Below are positions 1-7,323 of a stretch of DNA of 28,604 nucleotides, piece after piece. A program made the translations under genes and the position numbers. Below the pieces are notes generated by a model that was not told the DNA's origin, did not search any database, and was given only the letters and a program-made list of their open reading frames with translations. The DNA lies in the NCBI GenBank assembly GCA_037442745.1, contig JBBIPP010000015.1, positions 1 to 28,604 on the forward strand. Direction: 5' to 3'. Numbering within the stretch: the stretch's first letter is position 1; every line of letters begins with the position of its first letter. The stretch is from an archaeon (GTDB lineage Archaea > SpSt-1190 > DYHY01).

Positions 1-13
1 GAAGGATTGCGAG

Positions 14-97
14 TGCAGGGAGAGGGATTTGAACCCACGAAGGCACTAAGCCACAGGATCCTAAGTCCTGCCCCTTTGACCGCTTGGGTACCCCTGC
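14..97 (-). tRNA. trnL: tRNA-Leu(TAG), no intron, CCA not encoded
   Basis: Reverse complement GCAGGGG...CCCTGCA folds as a cloverleaf: anticodon arm CAGGA-CT TAG GA-TCCTG, long variable arm, T loop GGTTCAAATCC. Confidence 0.97.
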
Positions 98-126
98 TTT
101 TCCTAGAAAACTAGAAGAAAACCACC

Positions 127-158
127 TTTAATAAAAACTTCCCAAATCGAGTTAAATA
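127..158. promoter_or_regulatory. Divergent TATA boxes for tRNA-Leu (minus) and the ZIP gene (plus)
   Basis: Minus-strand TTTATTAA at ~128-135 lies ~30 nt before the tRNA start; plus-strand GTTAAATA at 151-158 lies ~28 nt before ATG 186. Confidence 0.55.
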
Positions 159-185
159 CTGGAAACTAACTTCCAATACGGAAAA

Positions 186-938
186 ATGCACCTTCCGTTT
201 GACGAGACCCTCCCAATTGTTGGGGGCGCCTCCTTAATCGTTCTAGCGACAGGTCTTGGGGCAATTCTCCCGATTTTCCTTCTTCACAGAAAAACCCCGA
301 AACTGAACCACCATGATTTTGCGTGTTTTTCCGCAGGAATAATGGCATACTCGATTTTCGAGATTGCCTCCAATTCTTTTTTCTTCAACGGAATCCAAAA
401 GACAATTCTCGGCTTCCTTTCCGGATTTCTAGCATTCCTTTCCCTCGAATATCTCCTCCAGAAAACAAAGCTATTGGAAAAGTTCTCCTTCCATATGCGC
501 TCCCTGTTTGTCGCCCTCTCGATGGCATTTCACAACATTGCTGAAGGGGTTGCTGCAGGCTCAGCCTTTCTCCTAGGGGAGAGAGTCGGCTGGGAAATAT
601 CAATTCCAATTTCTCTCCAGGACATTCCGGAAGGCTTCCTCGTCTCCGCCCCGCTGATTTCCAAGGGAATGAACCCCTTCCTTGCAATTCTGATAGGCAC
701 ACTCTCCGGAATAGCGGAAGCTGTTTTTTCCCTCCTCTCCTGGGAAACCCTCAGAACCCTTCTCTCAAAATTAGCCCCCTATTCCCTCGGGGCGTCCGCA
801 GGGGGAATGGCGTTCATTGTGCTGTTCGACCTTCTCCCGGAAATCGAGGAATATTCCGGAGCGGATTCCCGGAGAAAACTTGCCCTTGCCCTCTTCGGAT
901 TCGCCCTAGGGGCTCTCTCCCTTCTGGTGCTTTTATGA
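186..938 (+). CDS. zupT: ZIP (ZupT/GufA) family divalent metal transporter
   Basis: Multi-TM protein with ZIP signature HNIAEGVAAG...QDIPEG, plus FSAGIM and AGGMAFIV...LLPE segments. Confidence 0.9.
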   Translation: MHLPFDETLPIVGGASLIVLATGLGAILPIFLLHRKTPKLNHHDFACFSAGIMAYSIFEIASNSFFFNGIQKTILGFLSGFLAFLSLEYLLQKTKLLEKFSFHMRSLFVALSMAFHNIAEGVAAGSAFLLGERVGWEISIPISLQDIPEGFLVSAPLISKGMNPFLAILIGTLSGIAEAVFSLLSWETLRTLLSKLAPYSLGASAGGMAFIVLFDLLPEIEEYSGADSRRKLALALFGFALGALSLLVLL

Positions 939-940
939 AT

Positions 941-1513
941 TCAGCCCTTCAGTTCATTGTCAAGAAAGCTCTTGAACTTGTCGAGGACTATTTTTCGGTG
1001 GCTGATCTTGTTCTTCTCAACCTGCCCCATTTCAGCAAAAGTCTTCTCGCTTCCGTCAGGGACGAAAATCGAGTCCCACCCGAAATTCGATTCACCCCTT
1101 GGCATTGTTATTTTCCCCTTAATTGACCCCTGGAAAATTACTGTCAAATCCTTTCCGTCATAATATCCAATTGTTGCCCTGACTTCCGCACCGAAATTCC
1201 CGCCCATCCTGTAGCAGAGCTCAGATATCCCCTCTCTCCCGATTGCAAGAAGGAAAAGCCTGACCATTGGTCCAGGAAGCCTGCCATTTAAACAATTCAA
1301 ATGGAGGGAAGTGTCCTCAACGAAGAAGGGGCCGTCGACAACGAGCTTTCCCGCCTCAATTTTCGTTCTCACAACCTCCGTCGACTCAAGGCTCTGGATT
1401 TCTGGAAGGTTGACCTCGGACTGCTCGATTATCCAGTTTGAGAGTATTGCCTGGGCTTCCTCGCGCTTGTTCTTGCTGCTTGTGACGAAAACAATCCTTT
1501 TTTCCTTTGACAT
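941..1513 (-). CDS. rdgB: Non-canonical purine NTP pyrophosphatase (ITPase, Ham1/RdgB family)
   Basis: FVTSSKNK, EIQ, VEDTSL, LPGP, FGWDSIF and KNKISHR motifs; TATA-like CATTTAATT about 27 nt upstream. Confidence 0.95.
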   Translation of the reverse strand: MSKEKRIVFVTSSKNKREEAQAILSNWIIEQSEVNLPEIQSLESTEVVRTKIEAGKLVVDGPFFVEDTSLHLNCLNGRLPGPMVRLFLLAIGREGISELCYRMGGNFGAEVRATIGYYDGKDLTVIFQGSIKGKITMPRGESNFGWDSIFVPDGSEKTFAEMGQVEKNKISHRKIVLDKFKSFLDNELKG

Positions 1514-1635
1514 TTGGAGGCGAAAATTGTACCAGTTTCAATTAAATGTCTTTTCCAAGAACGGGGGTGTTGGACAGCCCCCCGGGCTCCTGCACGGGAA
1601 AACTGTCCGGATATTTCCGCTAACGAGGAGACATC

Positions 1636-2037
1636 CTAGTTGGTTCCACAAGGGTAGTTTCCTGCTATTTGGCCCCGCAGTCTCCTCCCCTCGCCGGAAC
1701 CGTTCCGCATCTTGCCCTGCCCAAGACCATACTTTGCCCTGAATGCAGTCAAGTCTCCGGATTCACGGGCAGCTGCGAATTCCCCGAAATTCTCGGAATT
1801 CACGACTGAGAGAATCTTCGGTTCCCTTCCGTTCCTTCCAGCAACCCCGGACATTAAGGCAACCCAGGCTGAATAGTCCCCGCTCTCAAAAGCGGACGCC
1901 ATTGCCTCGTGCCTCTCTTCCGAATAGTTCGGTCCGCGGACGCTCTGGTTCCCCATGTATGCGAATGCGGCGCCAATCCCGCCCACTGCAACAAGGAGAA
2001 CTGCGAGAGCCCCCGCAATTTTCCATTTCTTGTCCAT
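1636..2037 (-). CDS. Exported or membrane-anchored hypothetical protein with Gly/Arg-rich C-terminus
   Basis: Signal-like N-terminus (MDKKWKIAGALAVLLVAVGG...AFA). Start moved to ATG 2037 because the track's GTG is part of an SD-like AAGGTGA upstream of that ATG. Confidence 0.8.
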   Translation of the reverse strand: MDKKWKIAGALAVLLVAVGGIGAAFAYMGNQSVRGPNYSEERHEAMASAFESGDYSAWVALMSGVAGRNGREPKILSVVNSENFGEFAAARESGDLTAFRAKYGLGQGKMRNGSGEGRRLRGQIAGNYPCGTN

Positions 2038-2073
2038 TTCTTTTTTCACCTTAAAAGGGCTTACGCTCTCCAG

Positions 2074-2128
2074 ATTAAAACCGATTTTCCGAGTTTTCTC
2101 TCAGATAATACCCAAATCTTGCCCCAAT
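2074..2128 (-). promoter_or_regulatory. TATA box (TTTTAAT, 2074-2080) preceded by four 11-bp imperfect direct repeats (2085-2128)
   Basis: Minus strand ATTGGGGCAAG / ATTTGGGTATT / ATCTGAGAGAA / AACTCGGAAAA, contiguous with an 11-bp period and ending just upstream of the TATA box. Confidence 0.55.
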
Positions 2129-2131
2129 CAT

Positions 2132-2563
2132 TCACTCGTTGCTCGCATATGCGAGGAACCCGACAGCAATTACTGAAAAGACGAGAGGGACAATTGAGAA
2201 AACCCCATAGCCAGTGTCAATCCCGAGAAGGCCCATTATTGTCCTGCTCGAGGTTGCCATGAAAAGGGAGATTGAAAGGACAAAGACAGCTAGGCTGAGC
2301 GAGAATTTCGACCGCACTTCAAGATAGCTCCGCAAATACCCTTGGAGAACGAATGCTGAGACTGCGAGCCCGAGGATTGAGAGAATGTCTTTTGCAGTCG
2401 AGAGATGCGGGATTGCCTGCCCCCTTGCCGGAAGGAGAAACGACGCGATTTTGAGGAGAGCAATTCCCAAAATAATTGCCCCTAGTGAAAGCGCAATTGC
2501 CTTCATAGCGACATCGAATTTTCCAACCCCATTGATTTTCTTATTTTCCTTTCTTCCTGACAT
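2132..2563 (-). CDS. Multi-pass (about 4 TM) membrane protein, partner of the wHTH gene
   Basis: Four hydrophobic segments with YLRSYLEVRSKFSLSLAVF; overlaps the wHTH gene by 23 nt. Confidence 0.8.
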   Translation of the reverse strand: MSGRKENKKINGVGKFDVAMKAIALSLGAIILGIALLKIASFLLPARGQAIPHLSTAKDILSILGLAVSAFVLQGYLRSYLEVRSKFSLSLAVFVLSISLFMATSSRTIMGLLGIDTGYGVFSIVPLVFSVIAVGFLAYASNE

Positions 2564-2846
2564 TCTTGTTCACTCCAATTATTTTCCTCAAAAGTTCCGC
2601 TTCGGATTCAGTCTTTTCAGAGAGGACGAGCATTTTCCCGTATCCTCCGCCGACAGACTCAATCACGCCGTTGTCGAGAAGAACTTTGACATGGTGCTCA
2701 GTCGTCTTATAGTCAAGTCCGGCCTTTCCAGAGAGCCTGTTCGTGTTCATCGGCTTTTTTGAGAGGAGAGCCAATATCCGCGTCCTGCTTTCCCCTCCCC
2801 TAGACCCGAAAAAGAGCCAATAGAGAATCCGGCCGAAAGGAGTCAT
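2541..2846 (-). CDS. ArsR-like winged helix-turn-helix transcriptional regulator
   Basis: GSRGGESRTRIL...PMNTNRLS...LDYKTTEHHVKVLLDNGVI followed by wing GGGYGK; start overlaps the mbf1 stop (TGATG). Confidence 0.9.
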   Translation of the reverse strand: MTPFGRILYWLFFGSRGGESRTRILALLSKKPMNTNRLSGKAGLDYKTTEHHVKVLLDNGVIESVGGGYGKMLVLSEKTESEAELLRKIIGVNKNVRKKGK

Positions 2847-3322
2847 CAGTTCTTTCCTTTCTCCCCGGACGCTTTCATTTTTATCATGTCCCCAAAAGTC
2901 ATTCCCGCGGAGGCTTTCGGCCCCTGAACCCGCTTTCCCGTCTCCCCTTCCCCGGTTTCAATAAGGGAGATTCCAAGTATTTTCTCAAGCTTCTTTGCAG
3001 TGGGAATTGTCGGAACGAACTCCCCCTGCTCGAGTTTGGCAATTACCGATTCCCGCTCATTGGATTTGTCCGCCAATTCCTTCTGGGTGAGTTTCATTCT
3101 CTCCCGCCCGGCCCGTATCTTCTTTGCGTAATCGGGCGCAATCTGCGGTTCGGTATCATCTTCGGAGGGATCGGCTCTCCTGAACGAGCCCTTCTTGACG
3201 AAAACGTTCCGCACTTCGCTACCGAATTTCCCGCATTTTTCGCAGACGGAGAGAATCGCTCCCTCGACAGCGTGCTTTCCCCGGGCGGGACGGCTTCCAC
3301 AGATTTCGCACAAAAGGACCAT
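2846..3322 (-). CDS. mbf1: Archaeal multiprotein bridging factor aMBF1
   Basis: N-terminal Zn ribbon CEICG...CEKC, HTH (IRAGRERMKLTQKELA...KLEKILGISL), C-terminal TFGD motif; AAAAGCATTTAAT promoter upstream. Confidence 0.95.
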   Translation of the reverse strand: MVLLCEICGSRPARGKHAVEGAILSVCEKCGKFGSEVRNVFVKKGSFRRADPSEDDTEPQIAPDYAKKIRAGRERMKLTQKELADKSNERESVIAKLEQGEFVPTIPTAKKLEKILGISLIETGEGETGKRVQGPKASAGMTFGDMIKMKASGEKGKN

Positions 3323-3481
3323 TTGGTTTAGGGAATCTTCGGAGGATTAAATGCTTTTGCCAGAGTGGAAATACAGAAAAGCCTCCATTGACAGGGCTTT
3401 ACAAAATATGCCAGTTTCGATCCAATGGGATTCTCCCCAAATCCCTTTATTCTCTAATCTTTCTATAGCTACACAATAGCA

Positions 3482-3703
3482 ATGGCGAAGAACTCGACGA
3501 CAATACAGGTACGTCCGAAACTGCTCCCCTTCCTGAGGAAAAGAAACACTGGCCTGAAAGATAGTTACGCTGACGTTATTTGGGAAATTATCGAGGACTC
3601 TTTGGAGCTCGGAAAAGACAGAGGCAATAAGGCGATCTGAAGAGAATGTCAAGGCAAGGTAGTTGTTACCCTCGATAAGCTAAAGAAGGATTTGGAACTG
3701 GAA
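3482..3703 (+). pseudogene. Frameshifted archaeal antitoxin (RHH-like, RelB position)
   Basis: MAKNSTTIQVRPKL...DSYADVIWEIIEDSLELG in frame 0; TEAIRRSEENVKAR in +1 frame from 3618; VVTLDKLKKDLEL back in frame 0 from 3662. Frame 0 hits TGA at 3638-3640. Confidence 0.75.
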
Positions 3704-3705
3704 AA

Positions 3706-3957
3706 ATTACCTATTCAGCCGAAATCCCGGATTCCGCGAAAAAGGACATTTCTTCCCTTGAGAGGGCGCTCCGGGAGAGAATAGTCGCCATGTTGGAACA
3801 GGCGAGAACACGCCCGTTCTCGTTCGCAATACTGGTTGTAGGTTCCCCTTTCCATCAGTTCCGTGTCGGGGATTATCGCATTATTGCCAAACTATCCATT
3901 CCCGAGAAGAGGATTTTCGTCGTCAGGGTCGGGCGTTGGGAAGGTGTTTACTGCTGA
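3706..3957 (+). pseudogene. relE: RelE/ParE-family toxin remnant; start codon reads ATT
   Basis: (ATT)TYSAEIPDSAKKDISSLERALRERIVAML...FRVGDYRIIAKL...IFVVRVGRWEGVYC*. RVGDYR is present, the usual GHRxxVY is replaced by GRWEGVY, and there is no in-frame ATG/GTG/TTG before the N-terminal strand. Confidence 0.8.
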
Positions 3958-4007
3958 GAAACTTTCCGTACATTGCTGGACGAACTATTTAAGCAAAAAC
4001 GGATAGG

Positions 4008-4897
4008 ATGAGGGGAAAACTCGGGTTTTTCGGAATTTTACTTGTCACAAGCCTAGTTATTGGAACAGGATTTTCAGTCAATATTCCTTACAATTGATTG
4101 ACATTGACTTAGTGAATTTAACAATAATGTCAAAGAGTATCCGTCAGCCAACATCGCAGAAAAAGAAAATATGATCTGCTCTTACACGAGAATTAACGCA
4201 TCAGCATTCGAGCAGACAGATCTAGTGAATTGATTTGAAACCGAACTCAATTCTTCTGGATACTTTGTTTATGGAGAAAATGCTTCGCACTTCATAGGAA
4301 CCAATTCGTCTCTTGGCGACGCCTATCTGTGCTGGGGCTCCTTACATAGTAACATTGCTATCTGAGAATGTCTCTCTAGCAGATTTCGGACATGTTGATT
4401 CAATAGTTTTGACGAACAAGACAACTTCTGAATATGACACTTATTCAAACGAGTCGGTATATTATCTGCCTGAAAATACCAAGGTGTTTTTCTATAAGAA
4501 AACTGGATTGAAGATAAAACAAGAATCGGAGCAACCCTATATGCATTTGACTTCAATTCTCGGCTTGTTGAATAAAGCGCGATCAACGAGCCTTGAAATA
4601 AAGGAAAACAACATTGACACGGATTTAGACGGACTCACAGACATGTCCGAATTACCAAAGAACGGAACGGACCCAACAAAAGAAGATTCGGACGATGACA
4701 GCATAAATGACAAAAAAGAGATTGAGATTGGAACAAACCCCCTCTCCAAGGACTCCGGCGAGTTCTAGTCAGATTATTCCGATTTTTCTCCGAAAAACGC
4801 TTTATTTCCAAACGCATTAATCGGGTTTGTGGTATTGGCAATTTTGGCATCCGGAGCCGTTTTTGTTTCAAAAAGCAAGAAGAAGCACTCCAAATAA
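4008..4897 (+). pseudogene. Disrupted cell-surface protein: signal peptide, TSP3-like Ca-binding repeats, C-terminal TM anchor and basic tail
   Basis: ATG 4008 gives MRGKLGFFGILLVTSLVIGTGFS then TGA 4095. Fragment 4313-4768 contains DTDLDGLTDMSE...GTDP and DSDDDSINDKKE...GTNP. In-frame TAG 4766-4768 is followed by ...LIGFVVLAILASGAVFVSKSKKKHSK* ending 4897. Region is AT-richer than its flanks. Confidence 0.75.
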
Positions 4898-4911
4898 CCC
4901 GTTCCAAAACA

Positions 4912-5007
4912 ATTTTAAACCCCCTTTCCTTCCCGAACACTGCCCAAAAATCAGTACTACTCGGCTTGTGTGTCCGAAAGGATATGCCAGTAGAAGGGCA
5001 GAAGGAA
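4912..5007 (+). promoter_or_regulatory. TATA box and structured 5' leader of the rpl1-rpl10-rpl12 operon
   Basis: ATTTTAAAC at 4912-4920. Nested pairings CTGCCC(4940-45)/GGGCAG(4996-5001), CTACT(4957-61)/AGTAG(4989-93), and GTGTCC-GAAA-GGATAT(4970-85). Confidence 0.6.
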
Positions 5008-5015
5008 CTAACAGA

Positions 5016-5657
5016 ATGGTAGAAAAAAAAGCAGTATTGGAAGCGCTAAAGCAAGTCAGAGAGAACTCCGGAAAGCGGAACTTCAAGCAGTCCATCGATT
5101 TCGTGATAAACCTCGTCAACGTTGACATGAAGACCCTGAAAGTGGCTGACTCTATTGAGCTCCCGTCAGGCAGTGGAAAAGCAGTCAATGTTGCGGTAAT
5201 TGCTGACGGAGAAGCGTCCATTCAGGCAAAGACCGGAGGCGCCCATACAATTGTCACGAAGAAGGAAATCTCCCAATACGACAAGAAGAAAGTCAGGAAA
5301 TTGGCCGAGCAATGCGAATGGTTCGTTGTCCAGGCGCCCCTGATGCAGCCGTTTGCCGCAACGTTCGGTATAATTCTTGGGCCGCGAGGCCAGATGCCCT
5401 TTCCAAAGGATGTCCTAGGGCCCGTTGCCGACCCGAGCCCGATAATAAAGCGCCTGAAAAACAGCGTAAGGGTCAGGGTGAAAGACAGGCCGGTAATCCA
5501 CGCGTTCGTCGGAACCGAGGAAATGACGGACGACGCGCTCTCAGAGAACGTTGTCACAGTTTACAAAAGCGTTCTCGCAAAGCTGGAAAAGGGTCACCAC
5601 AGCATTGGGAAAATGTACCTGAAAACAACAATGGGAAAGCCCGTTACCTTGAAATAA
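5016..5657 (+). CDS. rpl1: 50S ribosomal protein uL1
   Basis: KRNFKQSIDFVINL, LGPRGQMP, IHAFVGTEEM, YLKTTMGKP; real start is MVEKK at ATG 5016. Confidence 0.97.
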   Translation: MVEKKAVLEALKQVRENSGKRNFKQSIDFVINLVNVDMKTLKVADSIELPSGSGKAVNVAVIADGEASIQAKTGGAHTIVTKKEISQYDKKKVRKLAEQCEWFVVQAPLMQPFAATFGIILGPRGQMPFPKDVLGPVADPSPIIKRLKNSVRVRVKDRPVIHAFVGTEEMTDDALSENVVTVYKSVLAKLEKGHHSIGKMYLKTTMGKPVTLK

Positions 5658-5682
5658 TCAAAGGAGAGAATTAACAATACCA

Positions 5683-6513
5683 ATGGCAAAATCAGAAAAC
5701 ATTTCAGAGAACAAGAAGAAAAAGATGGCGCAGTCGAAAGCTCTCTCGGAGAAGCTCTCTGGCGCGAAATCAATTCTCGTAGTCGAGATGAAAGGGACTC
5801 CGGGTGGCCACCTTTCCCGCATGAGGAAGGTTTTCGGCAAGAATTCGGAGGTTATTGTGAGGAAAAAGGCGGTTGTGCTAAAGGCTCTTGAACAGGGCGC
5901 GAGAAAGAACCCGAACCTATTGAAGCTTGTCCAGTTCGTCGAGCAGGCCCAGCCGGCGCTTATTCTCTCAAATGAGAGCCCTTTCAAGGTCAAAAGCCTC
6001 GCTACAAGGGAGAAGAAACCCACAAGGGCGAAAATCGGACAGGTCTCTGACAGGGAAGTTGTTGTTCCGGAAGGGGACACAGGCCTTCCTCCGGGACCGG
6101 CAATTGGCGATCTTCAGAAAGCGAACCTTCCGGCTAAAATCCAAAAGGGGAAAATCCTAATTGAAAAGGCGACTGTTGTCGCAAAACCCGGAGAGACAAT
6201 ATCGAAGGAAATTGCGGACGCTCTCCTAAAGCTCGGCCTCGAGCCATTCGAGACTGACTTGAACATCTTGGCGGCCATTGAAGGCGGACTTGTATACGGA
6301 CAAGACGTCCTTTCAATTGACGAAAAATATGCTCTGAACCAGATTGTCCAGGCTCATTCCTGGGCATTCAACCTAGCAATTGAGGCAAGCTATCCGACCG
6401 CGGATACAGTTGAACTGCTTGTGCAAAAAGCGGTTCTTTCTGCGGCAGGGGTTGCTCTTGAATCAAAGGCGGTTCCGGGGGAAACAATTGAGCAGATACT
6501 CGCGAACGCCTGA
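5683..6513 (+). CDS. rpl10: 50S ribosomal stalk protein uL10 (P0), C-terminally short
   Basis: GDTGLPPGPAIGDLQ...KIQKGKILI, LLKLGLEP, and spine helix AFNLAIEASYPT; lies between rpl1 and rpl12. Confidence 0.95.
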   Translation: MAKSENISENKKKKMAQSKALSEKLSGAKSILVVEMKGTPGGHLSRMRKVFGKNSEVIVRKKAVVLKALEQGARKNPNLLKLVQFVEQAQPALILSNESPFKVKSLATREKKPTRAKIGQVSDREVVVPEGDTGLPPGPAIGDLQKANLPAKIQKGKILIEKATVVAKPGETISKEIADALLKLGLEPFETDLNILAAIEGGLVYGQDVLSIDEKYALNQIVQAHSWAFNLAIEASYPTADTVELLVQKAVLSAAGVALESKAVPGETIEQILANA

Positions 6514-6553
6514 TGGAACGGGAAAAAGGACGCGAAACATCTATAAAAAACGG

Positions 6554-6592
6554 AAAACAAAACAAAACAAAACAAAACAAAACAAAACAAAC
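6554..6592 (+). repeat. Pentanucleotide microsatellite (AAAAC)7 plus AAAC
   Basis: Read directly; abuts the SD-like GGAGTGA (6593-6599) of rpl12. Confidence 0.95.
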
Positions 6593-6607
6593 GGAGTGAA
6601 AAGAAAA

Positions 6608-6907
6608 ATGGAATATGTATATGCGGCAATGCTCCTGCACAAGGCGGGAAAAGCTGTTGACGAAGCTGGTCTGAAGGCAGTCCTTCACGCGGCAGGAATT
6701 ACTGCTGACGAAGGCAAGGCGAAAGCTCTTGTCTCCGCTCTCTCAACAGTCAATATTGAGGAAGCAATAAAGAAGGCGGCAGCAATGCCGGCAGCCGGCA
6801 CATCATCTCCTGCAGATGAAGCGAAGAAGGATGACAAGAAGGAAGAGGCGGATAAAGCTGCGGAAGATGCGGCAGCCTCTGCTGGATTGGCGGCGCTCTT
6901 CGGATAA
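6608..6907 (+). CDS. rpl12p: Archaeal stalk protein P1 (L12p)
   Basis: MEYVYAAMLLH N-terminus, Ala-rich hinge, acidic region, GLAALFG C-terminus. Confidence 0.97.
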   Translation: MEYVYAAMLLHKAGKAVDEAGLKAVLHAAGITADEGKAKALVSALSTVNIEEAIKKAAAMPAAGTSSPADEAKKDDKKEEADKAAEDAAASAGLAALFG

Positions 6908-6908
6908 A

Positions 6909-7027
6909 ACCGGAAGGCAGTTCCCCGGGATTAGTCCGGCATTGCATTGCCATTTTCGGTTAAGAAAGCCAAAAATCGGGGGAATTCTTAGCCAAGAGGC
7001 TCATTTCCCCCATTTCTTTTTATTTTT
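6909..7027 (+). terminator. Two hairpins followed by a T-rich tract after rpl12
   Basis: ACCGGAA/TTTCGGT enclosing GGCAGT/ATTGCC (6909-6960); GGGGGAA/TTCCCCC enclosing AGCC-AAGA-GGCT (6978-7011); then TTTCTTTTTATTTTT. Confidence 0.55.
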
Positions 7028-7323
7028 CAGAAATCTATCTGAAATGCTCCTTTTTCAAGCAAAAGGCCCTCAATTACTCTCTTTCCAACATCATTGAACA
7101 CTTTTGGTGTCACTGCCCGGGAATTCTAAGGGGTATAAATTCTCGTAAAACACACTATTCTCGGGAGAGGGGAAACTTGGGACTAAAAGGACCAAAAGTA
7201 AAAAAATTTTCAGAAAGTGGCGATAAGAAACTCGATAATACTTTCCATCTAGTTGCCAGGGAAGCTGTTGAAAAATATTGCTCAATAAATGTCGGCGAAC
7301 GGGGTTGCTAGGGGGACTTTCCA

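Noticed and set aside
3347-3652. 101-aa minus-strand ORF
   Set aside because: Antisense to the antitoxin remnant and runs over the mbf1 promoter; no recognisable motifs.
4827-5015. N-terminal extensions in the ORF track for rpl1 (also rpl12, pth2, tsaC, map, histone, presenilin)
   Set aside because: Homology begins at downstream ATG/GTG codons that have appropriately placed TATA or SD signals; the extensions cross promoters or upstream genes.
6554-6592. Short repeats (also 9302-9344 and 27902-27945) as a CRISPR array
   Set aside because: Head-to-tail 5- or 12-bp units with no spacers, and no cas genes in the window.
6909-7011. SECIS element or ncRNA after rpl12
   Set aside because: No archaeal SECIS GAA/A internal-loop geometry and no TGA-interrupted selenoprotein nearby; a terminator explains it.
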